DNA of 64,000 nucleotides from Strigamia acuminata (Eukaryota): NCBI GenBank assembly GCA_949358305.1, contig OX442314.1, positions 16,802,001 to 16,866,000 of the forward strand, read 5' to 3'. Shown piece by piece: positions 1 to 13,442 of this stretch (position 1 is its first letter; each line of letters starts with the position of its first letter). The notes under the pieces were generated by a model. It saw only the letters and a program-made list of their open reading frames with translations, ran no database searches and was not told where the DNA came from. The position numbers and the translations under genes were made by a program.

Positions 1-3000
1 AGTATTAGCAACTGGACTTGACCAATTATGTTCATTATCACGAAGGCGATACAGGAGTTGTACAGGAGGGTGAAAAGATAAGGAGTCAGGACACATGTAC
101 AGAATTTCGCATATTTTTGGAAAACTTTAGTAATAAAATTCCAGTTTCAAAACAATCATTTCCTTTTTTTTACTAGCTTCTTATTCGAACTAAAAAAAAC
201 TGATGAAATTGAATTCCAAATTATGTTGAAATGGAAATGAAGTATTGCAGTCAACTGCACTGCACAAACTCTGTTTTTGGCAGATAAATTTAGACAAACA
301 AAAACACATGTAACTATTTTTATTACATCAGATTGTAAGTTAGCCGACATCGTTTCAAGTTTCATTCCTTCCAAGCAAACTTTGTGTGAGTTTAACACGG
401 ATGTAATACATTCATTGACCACACATTAGGAGGTGTGTTGAGAGATAAAGTGACATCAGCGATGGCGTGGCAACCATCTGGCCGCGTGTCTTTTGTTAAA
501 TGACAAATCCATCTGCACTACGTCATACTAGGGGATATAGGGGATAGGGTGAAATCACTTGTCACTCAAGTGCGGTGAAGTCACCGTTAAAGTGATGTCA
601 TCGGATCAAAGTTTCTAATATATTTACAATTTAGCAAAAGTTTACTTATGATTTGTCTGTTGATTGTTTAATTTTGTTGATACTATTTGCTATTTGTTTA
701 CAATGCAATTAAACAAAACAGAACAAAGAGGCATTTAATAATGAAATACCATTGAGAAAAATTGCTACATCAAAACGAATTAAACCTAATGGCCAACATT
801 ATGGACTGGCTTCGCAAATTAAAAGACCAGGTTGTTTATTTCGCTGAAGAATTAATTTGTCATCGTTTTCTTCGCCGAAAGTATATGCGCATCAAAAAGA
901 CAAATTTTGCAATGTACAGTAATAATATTTTACTTTGGTTTTAGAAAAAAGGAGGAATATGAACCCAGTAGTTACCAGTATGATAATCCTTATATAAATT
1001 TGGTAAGCCTTAACGTACTCGACAGTACAACTGGTATTGACGATACGGAAACCACAAAGAACATAGCCGAGACGAGACTTAACGAGACTTATACGGAATT
1101 GCCAATTCTGGGTAACGATGATGAAATTTGGTGAGAAAATGGGCGTAACATCTGTTTAATCGCATTGAAAACAAAATCTTCAAAGATGCAATTACTAAAC
1201 GTATTCCACAAAAGCGGCCACGATCCATAACAAATGACGGCATTTTTGTTCAAACTGATTCTCTCATTTTTCGACCAAGAGCGTGTAATTTGGATTTAAA
1301 ATGGCATGAGGAATGGGCCGAGCGAATCGAAAATGGATTTGCTTTCTTATTGCCTTTTCGATATTCTAATTAATAGTCCTAAAATGTAAAAAAAAATCAT
1401 AAAAAATCAAAAAAAATCAAAAATAAATTTTGGCTGCTACAAATTATTTTATTCTAGTTTATTATAATGATTAATCCGAAATTTTGGAATTGATTTTCGA
1501 ATCAAGGACTCAAGCACGACTAACTCTTCGCTTTTATGTGTTTTGGATAATACATATACCCACTGAGGGATAATTTGGTCGACTACATGAAATTCCTTTC
1601 AGCTTCCATTTGTTTTGCAAAGGAATTAAATGTGTACGCTGCAATGTCATTACAAGCATGTCTTTTTATTTTACGAGAAGGTGCAGTTGTTGAACTTGTT
1701 ATAAAATCTCCACGGAAAATGCGTTACAGCAAAATATATTTTTTACGTTACAAATAAATGCGCTTTCTTAGATATTCACATAATATTAAAGTATGAAAAT
1801 AAAAATTACTCAATTCTTAGCTTTCAGAGTAATTTAAATATGTAATATATATTATGTAACTGCAGTTTTAATTACAGTAGTATGATTTTGCTTTGAAAAG
1901 CATTCAAAAAAGAGTACCGGTAATTTAATCTAAAATCTGATATTTTTCAAACAATGAGCAGAGTCACCAGAAAATTAACTTTGTCAGCGTCATCAAGATT
2001 AGCAGCATGACTGACGTCTGTATACTGTATAAATGCGTGAATAATAATGATTGTCTTTTTTAGAATAAACAAAAAGTACAATATAGAATGTATTAATAAA
2101 TTATTTTGATAGATTTTTTTTATCACGTTTTGGAATTATTTCAAAATAAAGCTGATTTCAGGCTTCGAATTCTGGCTGGTTCAGACCAGCTCGTGTGTCT
2201 CTATTAGACACAAATAGTAGCAATCCCACTATGAAAATAAATTTTAAATTTATTTCATTCAGATTTTTTCTAGCAGTCCAATAAACGAGACATATTTCTT
2301 GTCTAGAACAGTTCTAAAGCAATAAACAAAATTTCTGTTCTGCGCGTATGGTGGATGGCTTCAGTCTTGTAGACTGTGCACCAGAGACAGCTAGTGATAA
2401 ATAAAGCAACTATTGACTCGTTTATCACAGACTACGGAATATTAAAACACAGCTTAGCCTTTTGTTAAAAATAAAAAATAAAATTGCAAAGTAACTTTAC
2501 ACATTTTTACAACATAAATGATCACATTGATTCTATTTTTAACATTATAATCTATCTTATTTTATTTGGACAAAAATCAATACGAAAAAATGATTAAATT
2601 CACTGTACTCATAAATAAACTTCATTATTATTTCACACCGTATTGATTTATATTTACAATAAATATTATCAACTTCATTAAAGTAATCAACTGAAATAAG
2701 GAGATATTTTTCTAACGGAAGCACTTCACCCACTTTTTGTTTATTGTTTACAATACTACACGAGCGAGGAAATACTGTACTAACATGCGAGAAATATCAA
2801 ATTTAGTTCCTCGTTCTTGCTAATTTAATGTCGACGTTTGTGTAGTGTGACTCTTTATATATTCTGACAATGGTAATTTGGCATACAACCAAATTAAGTG
2901 ACTAATTGAATTTCTAGAAGGGGATGACAAACGGATAATTGCTAAGGTGTTGTCTGATCAGTTTATTTGGAAACCGAATTTTCTTAATAAACCAAACGGT

Positions 3001-4299
3001 ATCTGATAAAAAATTGATGAAAATAATGGACACAAATTTATATTTTGTTTGGTGGAATCAGAGTTCCATCAGCAAGAACGAATCGATTAAACTGCTTAGA
3101 CGCATGTCGCAGTTGTATTCACTTGAACCGCCGATAATTTGGATTATCGTAACAAATGTCTATGAAGAACCTACAATTTTGATGCAAAGCGTACCTTTAT
3201 CTTCAAATGGTGTCATTCCAGTTATCCAAGCGGTCAGGGTCATGATTTATAAGATATTTATACGTACATTGTCATTTATTATTATTTATTAATACGTCAA
3301 AAACTTTTAATAGAATGAAAACAGTGCTGACTATTCAATGAAGGACGTTTATTCAGTTAAGGAAATAAATTTATTAGCATCAGAATTGGAAGCTTATCAA
3401 TAAGTGGGAACGTTGTTATATATAACAAATTACAAAATTTTCCAAATATTATTCGAAAATTAAATAATTATAAGACGCTCGTAAAGTATAAAAATCAAAT
3501 TATTTAATTAGTTATTCGTTTAGACAGGCGTCAGTAGATAATCTGTTATTTTTTTAGTATATTATTTGCAGAGACCTCCATTTATTGATTATGATACGAA
3601 AAAAGACAAGTTGTCAGGTGTCCTTGGAGAAAGTTTACTGACCACTCAAGACGTTCTTTCATGAAGGTAAATAAATGTATAGATTTAAAAAAATAAAAAT
3701 ACTGTACATGTTTTATTAAAGATATGATGTATATTTATCCGGTGAAGATAATGTCACAAAAACTTGGGATGTTTTTGAGAAATTGAACACAAATGTTTGC
3801 ACTTTAATTATTCAAATTTTATTCAGTTTTTAAACTTCTGTTATCAAACAGATGTCGGATTTAATTTTCGGTGGACACACAATGAGTAAACATCGTTTTA
3901 GATTACAGTACTTACATTTTCGTATGTTGTTGCATTTGGCCGATTCCAAATTCTTTTCAAACGACTATAAATTGAATATCTTGCTTTAGTATACACTGCA
4001 CCATTTACAATAAAAACATGTATTTCTATTTTAATTGTTTCTTTGATTGTTGTTATTGATATTACTGTGACCGACAAGGTTTATTTTACATCATTGAAGA
4101 AAAAAGCGAAAAAGTCAGCAAGAAATTGCACGACAGACTTACCGTAGCTAGTAAACATAAACAGTGCGATAATAATTCTTTTCCGGTTATTGCATTATTG
4201 CAAAGAGATATAATAATATACACACACTGAAGGTGAAGGAAAGGAACATTGCCATTGCAATAATAATTGGCTGCTGTCCCTAACTTCGCTGCAATGGAT

Positions 4300-4532
4300 G
4301 CACTGCAGGTAAGTTTGGGGGCTGCAATCGATCACTGCAATGGTGTGATATTTGCATGTGTGCTCCGATTATCAATTCCTTGTCCGAATCGATTCGTTAA
4401 CAATGTGATGGCACTGTCGTAATTGGCGCTCGTGATGGACAGTCCAGTTGTAGCGTTAGCGGCCAAACCCTCGACCAACGACTGCAAATACACGAATTTG
4501 CAGTCTTCGGGAGCGTCGTATCGTTCGCCCAA
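4300..4532 (-). mobile_element. BEL/Pao LTR-retrotransposon gag fragment (DUF1759-like), frameshifted
   Basis: Minus-strand KFVYLQSLVEGLAANATTGLSITSANYDSAITLLTNRFG, continuing after a frameshift as KELIIGAHMQ. This matches the Pao gag pattern KF.YL.S.L.G.A...I.GL.IT..NY..A..LL..RFG....II..HM. Confidence 0.8.
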
Positions 4533-4659
4533 TTATCTTCTCATTATCTTAATTGGTATGAGCTTCGTTATTTTTAAAACCCAAATTGACTTTATTTTTC
4601 GCAGTTTACTGCTAAGGTAAATTCTTGCGCTTCATGCGTTTTGAAGTAATGTCAAATAG

Positions 4660-4786
4660 TAGTGGTTCAAAACGTCGTGTTACAAGTGTTTTTGGTGCTT
4701 ATTTTTTTGTTTTGTGATGTTAAAAATTCAAAAACAAAAAACACAAACATCGAAAACACTTAAAACAAGACTTTTTGAATGCAGTG
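4660..4786. mobile_element. Degenerate foldback/MITE-like inverted repeat
   Basis: Left arm ttcaaaacgtcgtgttacaagtgtttttggtgc... aligns imperfectly over about 50 nt with the reverse complement of the right arm (...aacatcgaaaacacttaaaacaagactttttgaa). Confidence 0.55.
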
Positions 4787-5192
4787 TTTGTTTTTATTAT
4801 TTGTAATAATTAATTCGTTTTAAATTAATTTTTTTAGAAGGTTAAAAGCAATTTATATTTACCGGTAAGTTGAAAAAGCGACTTGCTACATGTGTGGAAG
4901 GTTCGATGGTTTATTATCGTTCAAAGTATTTCCGCACTTGCGTGATAATAGTTCATTTGCAACCATTCCGGGAACAGCTAGTCACAAACATGGTTTTCAT
5001 CTTGTTTTCGCAAAGAATCTTCCAAAAATGGCATTATAGATTGTTTTGGTTACTAGAAATATGAAATCAATACACTCTCAGTTCAATACACTTTCAGAGA
5101 CAACTAAACATTAATAGAATCAACTACTCCGTAACTGTTATTGTTTGTCGCTTTTACTAAATTTAATTCAGGCAACAAAATCCTAAAGTCTT

Positions 5193-5243
5193 TTTTAACT
5201 AAATGTTTAGTTTTCTCTCAGCCAACCAGACATTTAGTTAAAA
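5193..5243. repeat. Perfect 14-bp inverted repeat (hairpin)
   Basis: ttttaactaaatgt (5193-5206) and acatttagttaaaa (5230-5243). Confidence 0.7.
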
Positions 5244-6720
5244 CAATTAAACTGTTTTTAGTGTACAACCTGCGTGAAATACATGCGAACTAAAACCAAT
5301 TAAACTGCCCAAAATGAATGATTTATGAGTAACCGTTAACAGAACATTACCCGGACAGTTTGATCTGCTTTTGAACTACGCATGCGTGCCATTACAGGTC
5401 GATTCACACCTTCCACAGAATAATACTGTGATCTTCATCGCAGTATCAAAGAATCTATTCTCTAATAATAAATAGGTAGCCACGGAAAGGATACCACCAA
5501 TACGACTTACGTGGATTAAATTAAACGTAAGTAATGTACGTTTTAAATAGTTATGCGAGTTTAACTCCAAGTATATCTTAATTTTTCTCATATATGAACA
5601 AAGTTCATTGTCAGGAAGAAAATGCATTTTCGGAAATGTTGCAATGGACAAAATCATGCATTTTTATGAAAAAAATGCATTTGTATACGTTCAAACAATG
5701 TTTATTATTTTTTTTAAAATACAAATTGAACATTTTTAAACGTTTTTATTTAACTTGTCATGAATGTTTGTGAGTGTGTTTGTTTGTTTCAACTTCCTGT
5801 GCACTGTAGCCCCACCACTGGTATATTTAAACTAAAATGGAGGCCAGATTGTAAGGGTCAACTTCAAATCTGCTTTGTTTTTAATTATAACGTGCTTAAT
5901 AAATTCAGGAGCCAGGCTAATCCTGGTTAAAATAAAAATTCCTATCTGCCCAAAGATTTTGTTTTTCCATTTTAATGTGGAAAAGTCCATTTTTTGTGAT
6001 TTTCGGCGCTTACACGGCAATCACGAAATAATCTACGGTAGTAGCGCACTTTGGCGGCAATTTGAAGCACCATTATAAAGCCTTTTTCCAAAAACGTAGT
6101 TTTTTATATTTATTTGTTTTTAATATGGCCTTAAAAGGAAGAAGGGAGAAAGGAGAGGAAGAAAGGCCTAGAGGTCATAAATAAATTAGGAAGCTCTTGC
6201 AAGGCCTCAAAAGAAGACTGCGTTGTTGTCCTTGAGCGAGTCTCATGACACGCGGGGTCTGATGCGATTGCACTGAACGCACCGTTCTTGCGCTGGCTCT
6301 AACTTGTAAGTTACTTACACCAAACATACAGAACTACAAGGCAAACTTTAGGGAAAACTAACCATTAATTTAAACCATAAATAAGGTACCGGGTGGCCTA
6401 CATAAAACAGGCCCGACAATACAAGGAGGGTTACGAAGGTTGTCTCAAAAAAATGTATACACACACAAAATTAATTATACATAAATTATTAGCTGTGAGC
6501 AGGGTTGTTTAATTAACGTTTCTAGTGCAGTTTTTTTTGCTCTTTTGTTTAGTGTTTAGTTTTTGATGATCCGAGCTTTTGTTCTCGAGATATTTGCGAT
6601 TTTAATCAATCATTGTCCGAATCCGCCAAGTTTGATTGCACTAGCCATTCCTGAATTTTGTGATACTTTTTGAATCTCTTCAATAGTACTTTTGTGGATT
6701 TCTTCAGATGTATCAGTACA

Positions 6721-6830
6721 AGATTTTGCTTGATTTTGTGAGATTTTGCTACATTTTTTGAGATTTTGCTTCATTTTTTTAGATTTTGCTACATTTTTTG
6801 AGATTTTGCTACATTTTTTGAGATTTTGCT
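6721..6830. repeat. 20-bp minisatellite, about 5.5 copies
   Basis: Unit agattttgctacattttttg repeated head to tail with few substitutions and no spacers. Confidence 0.95.
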
Positions 6831-7390
6831 ATAGTAAAGTCGTATGGAACCAAAAAAGTGTTACAGGTACCGTTCCAGTCCCACAAATTGTGGTATTTTT
6901 TGAAAAATACTGTGTACCTGTACCGGTAATGGCACTGCTGAAAAAATCCACAAATTTACCACAAAATCTAAAATTCAAGCTGACTAGTGCCATCCGGTAT
7001 AACTTGAGCATAATGGGCCTTTTATGTATTTATATTTTTTTAAAAACTAAAATCGATTTATGTAATAGATAAAAAAAATTCTCATAAATGTTCACACGCA
7101 CGAAAAAAAATCGTTAATTGCTCAATAATTGTGCTAAGAAACATAGTTTGTAAGTTACGAGCCATAAATGCGTACGGTAAATCAATAATTTCAAACTAGA
7201 TTGTCAACCAGTAGAGTAACGAAAATACCTGTAACTTTGTGCAATCTGATGTTTTCTTGTTTTCTTGTTTCCAGTAATTAACTTGATATTGTCCATTGTA
7301 TTACACATGACTGGTTCAATGCCCATTCTTAACGTCTTTGAAGTAAACATAAGCAGCTGTGATGTAAACGACAATCGTTGTTTGTCAAAC

Positions 7391-9905
7391 ATGAACAGTA
7401 GTATCTGCTGTTTTTTATACGTTGTGGTGGCGGTTGCCCGCTACATAGACACCCACAAAGTTGTAGTTTTTATGTATCCTGAGAACGGTAACAGTATGAA
7501 ATACACAGCATTTTTTTACACTAGAATAACTAACGGTAAATGATTCAATGTACAGGAATGGACATGCAAAAAATTGCAAAGTTATTGTCTGAGCAGTTCA
7601 TGGAGAACCGAATTTTCTCATTAGATCAAAGACTATCAAATGAAGCGTTATTGGGAGCATCAGACACGAATTTATTTTTCGTTTGGTGGCGACTGAATCG
7701 ACCCAACAATACTAATTCAGTCCAACTTTTAAATCGCATGATAGAATTAAACTTACTTCAGCGACCGAGGGTTTTGTATATTGTTACTGATGATAATGAA
7801 GAACCTAGAACTTTGCTAAAAAGTGTAAATCTGACGCCTGTTAGTCTTGTTGCAGTCATCCAAAAGGTCAGACGTGTTTCATTAATCAAATTTGTGTCTT
7901 TTAGTCTTGTAATTGATATTTCTGTTTAAATTGCAGAATAGTAATCAGAACGCTACAGGATATTTAGTCAGTGATGTTTATGGAGCTGATGAACATCATA
8001 CATTAGTAACAAGGGTATTTGCAAGTTTGTGGATACACGGAAATGTTGTGAGATATAAGAAAACAGGAGTATTTCCAGAGAAAATTCGAAAGTTACTCAA
8101 CTATACCATCAGAGTTGGTGCTCTAAGGGTAAATATTAACAATTTTAATCTATTTTTGACTCTTCCTGGAATGGACATTCTATATATGGTTTATTTTTAA
8201 TATTTGGTAAACAAATATCCATGTTTATCAAATGGGAAGGAGTTAACTGAACACAAAGAGTTTCTGAATTTCTATATTGCATTTGGTATTGTAGAGACCT
8301 CCATTTACCGATTATTATCCTGAAACAGATGAATTATCTGGTATTCTAGGAGATATTTTAAAGACTTCACAAAAGCTTCTTTCTTTGAGGTAAATCAGGG
8401 CAAAGTTTATTATTTTCATTAATGAAACATATTTTACTTTTGATTACGGTAGCTATGACACACATTTATCCGGTGAAGATAATGCTACAAGAACGTTGGA
8501 CATATTTGAGGAATTGCGCTTAAATGTTTGTATTAAAGAAATGTTATTTACCATCTAATATTAGATTTCTTTTATTAAGAAATCAGATTTAATTCTCGGT
8601 GTGCACACCATGGGCCGACGCCGTAGAATATTATATTCGTTTTCACGACCTGTCGCATTTGGACAATATTTGATTGTATATCAACGACCAGAGTTGACGC
8701 GTTTTGCTTCTGGATATGTAGCAGCATTTTCCAATGGATTGTGGACTATAGTTTTGATAACTTTTTTGATGTTTAATATCATAATTATTGTTACGAACAA
8801 AATTTTGAAGATTTTCTCCAGCAAAGACACAAATATAGAAAATCAAGCTGAAGACGTTCGTCATCTTAAATCAACAATTTTTAATACTATCGCCGCGTTT
8901 GCTCTAAGAGGTTCATTGTATAAGAAATTTATTACAAATTGGAAATCTTGCTGGACTTAAGCTTAGGCGGCTTGGCTTTTACCAGAGGAATGGTGAACTT
9001 TGCTGCATAGCGTGATGTTCTGCAGCAAAATTCACTAATATTGATTTCCAATTCAAATGTTTGTTCTTTGTATATACAATTTTAATTTAGTAACTAATTT
9101 ATTTAGGAGACGCATATCTCCGACAAAGTCAATCATCTCAAATTGTATGGTTTACCTTTTGCGTTTTCTCTTTTTTAATATTTTCTTCGTTCTCATCCAA
9201 ATTGACTTCATTTTTTACAGTTTACACTGAAAAGATCCCTTTTAAGTCTATGAATGATTTAATTGACAATACAAATTTCAGTGTTACTGCTATAATAAAT
9301 TCCAGTGCATATAAGCGCATCGAAGTAATGTTAGAATGATTATTTTTTTAATAACATTCATTTTTATTTAAATTCTTATTTTTTAGAAAGCTACAAGCGG
9401 TGTACATGTTAAAGTCAAACATCGAATTGCTAAATATGTGGAAAGTTCGAAAGCTGGAGTAGAATATGTTTACACACATAGTGACGCAATATTATACGAT
9501 CATAACGTTCAAGTTTGTCCGCATTTGCGTGATAATTGCTCATTTGCCACCATTCTGGCTTCAATGTTTTACAAACATAGTTTTCATTTTGTTTTCACAA
9601 AAAATCATTCTCTAATGCACGATTTTAATAAAGTGTAAGGCCAATTTTACATAAAAAGGATAAAATGCATGAATTAATTGACATAAATAACAGTGTGTTT
9701 TTATTTCAGAATTGGGATGTTTGAAGAAACAGGCGTCCTTTCTAAAATGAGAGAACCAGTCCAGTGGATTTCAGAGGTTTATTGCGCCCAAAAAAATGAA
9801 TACGATTCTTTAACAATCAATGAAATTTTTCCTTTAATTTATATTTTGGCATTGGGACTAACAATGTCCGTGTTTGCTTTCATTGTAGAACGATGGGTCT
9901 ACTGA
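7391..9905 (+). CDS. Divergent ionotropic receptor (iGluR-related chemosensory IR), multi-exon, apparently intact
   Basis: Hydrophobic leader MNSSICCFLYVVVAVA. S1 lobe RPPF..SGILGDIL..DLILG..TMGRRRR..FSRP; M1 AFSNGLWTIVLITF; pore FNTIAAFALRG; M2/M3 SFSSKLTSFFTV; S2; C-terminal EETGVL..W..C..LTINEIFPLIYILALG. Splice phases are consistent across about 9 exons. Confidence 0.88.
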
Positions 9906-10039
9906 AGGTGTGTAAATTAATCAAAATATAAAATAAAGAGTAAAAATAAAGAGACAATTTCTGTGCTATGTAAATAGCAAATCATATTCAACAAACGCCA
10001 TCTGTTATTGAAAATTAACAACACTCTTAGGAAACAAGC

Positions 10040-11671
10040 ATGGCGGACTTTTATTCTAACGTGTTCGTAGGTGCCCAAACTGGGCTTTTAAAAGGTAAAA
10101 TGTAAGTATTTAACAACTATCTATTTGCTTATATTGTGTATTTTTTAGGTGTTAATTCCGAGAGCAAAGTGTTTCGTAATTTAAACAGCGTTCAATCGCT
10201 CGATCGACAGCAGGAAATACGAACCATGTGTTGGTCGAATAACGACGAATCCGAGGTAATTCAATAAACACAATTATTATCTCTTACAAATTAAATATTT
10301 CAATAATTTGTTTTTATTTTTTACAGATATTACTCGGACTTAAAAACCAGACAATCAAACAGTTTAATGTTGACAGCAGTCACTTCCTGAATTCGCTCGA
10401 TGCGACGGGCGGTGAAGGAGCTATTATTGATTTAACAAAAATAAACCAGTACACATATAACAGATATAAGAAGAAAAAATCAAAGTAGTTCGATAATAAA
10501 ATACATTTTTTAATTTTTAGGAAATTATTGACGTGTGTTGAATCTGGTCTCGTGAGATTATGGAGCGAAACTATGACTGTAGAAGTTAGTAAAGACTAGA
10601 GATTATATTTATTCTAATTTCGGATGAAAAATTAATTTAAAAATTCTCTTTAGACTGAATTCAATGCAGGTGACAACACTGAAGTTATGCGACACAACGT
10701 AAACGAACCAAATCTGGTAGCAACTGGAGGCAAAGAAAATCCTTTGAAGATTTGGGATTTGAATAAATTAGAAACGCCAATTTTTAAAGCAAAAAACGTA
10801 AATAATGAATGAAATATACAAATTTTATTTATTCCAAATAATCCATGAAAAAATAATAATTTTAGGTGCCACACGATTTTCTGAATTTGCGAGTTCCAAT
10901 CTGGGTGAAAGACACTCATTTTCTTCCTAACAAACAGATAGTTACTTGCACTGGTCATCATCAGGTATTACAAATATCATTAAATGTGTTAATATCTGAA
11001 ATTTAATAAATGAAATAATTGAAATAATTAGGTGCGGTTGTATGATCCCAAGACCATTCAACGAAGGCCGATGATTCAGGTCGAATTTGGTGAATATCCA
11101 TTAACAGCGATGTCTCTGTGCACAATTCCTCAGTAAGAATAATGATGTTAGAAACGGAACAAAACATAATTTCTACGTATCTTTTAGCAACGTTATTGTC
11201 GGCAATTCTCGCGGTTACATGGCTCTCGTGGACCTTCGCAAAAAGAAAGTTGTTCATCACTATAAAGGGTTTGCTGGTAGTATTCGGTGCGTGCAATGCC
11301 ACCCTTCTTTGCCCATCGTTGCAACTTGTGGCCTAGATCGGTTTTTACGCATTCACGATGTAAACACGCACAAATTATTACATAAGGTTGGTTTATTAAG
11401 TTATAAAAATAAGTTTACAAATTAATTCTTTGTTAATTTTCAGGTGTACTTGAAATCGGCTTTAAATTGTTTGCTGCTGCGTGAAAAACAAATGGTGGAT
11501 GACATGGAGGAATCAAAGGAAGATAAAGCAGACGAGAGCGGCGGTAGTGATACTGAATTGTGGGACAGTATGAAAGTTGTTGGTGATAAAAGACGGAAGG
11601 CAATGGAACCTAAAACGAAGAAAAAACAAAAAATATATGTTAATCCATTTAAAAAACCGTCTAAAGATTAA
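10040..11671 (+). CDS. WDR74: WD repeat protein 74 (Nsa1, 60S biogenesis)
   Basis: MADFYSNVFVGAQTGLLKG, VATGGKENPLKIWDL, KNVPHDFLNLRVPIWVKD, YKGFAGSIR, CGLDRFLRIHD, KVYLKSALNCLL. Confidence 0.93.
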
Positions 11672-11682
11672 AAAGTCATACT

Positions 11683-11868
11683 TTATGGAGTCACTGTTCC
11701 CGCTGAATCGCAGCATTTTGTTTCTTGTATACAACAGATAGAACTAAGAGCGCGTATTCCGCAAGAAAGATTATTACAGATCAGATATTTCATAATGAAA
11801 CCTGCTTGGGCAGTATTTGCAAGAGCAACGGAGAGTAAAAATAGCCATAAAAAAAACCGATATTTCAT
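11683..11868 (-). CDS. Small secreted cysteine-rich peptide (61 aa, C-C-CC-CC)
   Basis: Signal peptide MKYRFFLWLFLLSVALANTAQA with an A-x-A cleavage site, followed by GFIMKYLICNNLSCGIRALSSICCIQETKCCDSAGTVTP*. A splice acceptor (ttttcag) lies just upstream of the ATG and a consensus donor (AAG|gtaagt) near 11964, which implies a 5'-UTR intron. Confidence 0.7.
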   Translation of the reverse strand: MKYRFFLWLFLLSVALANTAQAGFIMKYLICNNLSCGIRALSSICCIQETKCCDSAGTVTP

Positions 11869-13442
11869 TGTAGTTCCTGAAAAAGTGGCGAAATTTTGCT
11901 TTTTCATTAAATCTAAATATTCTCCTGTGACAAATTGTCAGTCTACTCGGTTTACAAACTTACCTTCACTATAACCTCTTGCTTCGCAAATGGTACAAAT
12001 ATGAGTGCGTGGAGGTCACGGTGGTGTGTTGGCCCAATTCTTATTCCGGCTTAAAAGGTCAATGAACAACGGGCAGAAGAATGGTGGATACGTTACAGGA
12101 AGGTCGCACGTATTTTATTTCGGAATAAATTAAAATGAAATAAAGCAAATGAATAAAAGACAAGATCTATGGGACATTTAAACACCCATTGAAATATTTA
12201 ATCGGTATAAGCTACGGTTGGAACGGGAACCAAAGAATTTTCATGCAAGAATGAACACATCTGTTAATCCAAGGTTAAATCTAAGTTTGGGTACATCAAA
12301 TATTTTTACAAATTCCTTTCCTTGTAGTTCTTGCAAGATGAAGATGAATGAACCGAGCCAGTAGCCCTTTAATTTAATTTGATACAACCGATGACTTTGC
12401 AGAAACTCGAGCCAGTAGAAGTTAATCAATTAATGGATAATACAAGACGAAGTAGAAAGTTTTGCAACGAAAAATAAAAAGAAAACACAGAAACTCCAAA
12501 ATTTATATATTTAATTAATTTTTACGATTATTAAAAATATTTAGCAATTTTTATACATTTAATGGTGGCGCTAACGTCTTTAGTTGAGCCAATAAGGTCA
12601 AGCACACGATTTGCTGCGTTTCTGAATTAGTGTCGGCAAAAAAAAAAAATACACAGCAGTATAGGGGCGGCTTAAATTCTGCTATTAGGCGGCAGGTGCT
12701 TTTGAGTTCCGGTAAGTGGCACTAGATGCAGCATTTATTGATAATATTGATACAGAATTTGACTTGAAAACAAAAATAAAATCATCGAAGCATGGTATTT
12801 AATTGATAATAATCTGTCAATAGTTTCGGTATCGTAATGACCAGCAAAATCGGCGTAATAAATAACGAACGAATCTTCACTGTATTACTTTTTAATTTAA
12901 TCAATAAATTCCACTAATCTCATTCAAATTAGAGAATTGTACTTTTTAACATAAAATCTTTCGGTATTTATCAGCTTCTATGCAAATTGATATCTTAAGA
13001 CTCTGCTGACGTGGTCGAGCATGGTGCCCTCGCCTCAGATGTTTGAGATGAGTGATGGGGAAATTATCTCAGATTTTTGAATGTTGAATCAGAATCATGA
13101 GCAACTTGAAAACGAGGAACAACTACTTGAAACAATAAAGAATTTATTTTAATATTTGTGGCAATATTTTTAATTTATTAAATTTTATTTAAATTTAAAA
13201 TTTTATTTTTATTTTTTATTTTTTTTTTTATTTTGATAATATTCATTCAATCAATGATAAGTAAATATTAACGGAACTATCAGTACTGTAAGTCTTGAAT
13301 TACCGAAACTGCAATTAAATTTGATAACTGTAAATTGCTATAATTTATAATTGAAAATCACCAGATGGTGAACAAATATAATAATTGTAATTCCAATTTT
13401 TAATTTTTAATTATTTTTTTTTGTATTTTGCAGACGTGGAAG

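Larger units (their letters stand above)
2785..5025 (+). pseudogene. Decayed divergent ionotropic receptor (IR), tandem paralog of 7391..9905
   Basis: Exon-by-exon similarity to the downstream IR: NRIFLINQ..DTNLYFVWW vs NRIFSLDQ..DTNLFFVWW, RPPFIDY vs RPPFTDY, LSGEDNVTKT vs LSGEDNATRT, PHLRDNSSFATI vs PHLRDNCSFATI. Contains in-frame stops, frameshifts and insertions, and no final TM exon is evident. Ends are approximate. Confidence 0.85.

Noticed and set aside
6721..6830. Regular 20-bp repeat as a possible CRISPR array
   Set aside because: The units are contiguous with no unique spacers, the context is eukaryotic and there are no cas genes. It is a minisatellite, and the 108-aa ORF over it is a by-product.
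7204..7392. Minus-strand 62-aa ORF next to the IR start
   Set aside because: No recognisable motif; the region is better explained as the IR promoter or 5' UTR.
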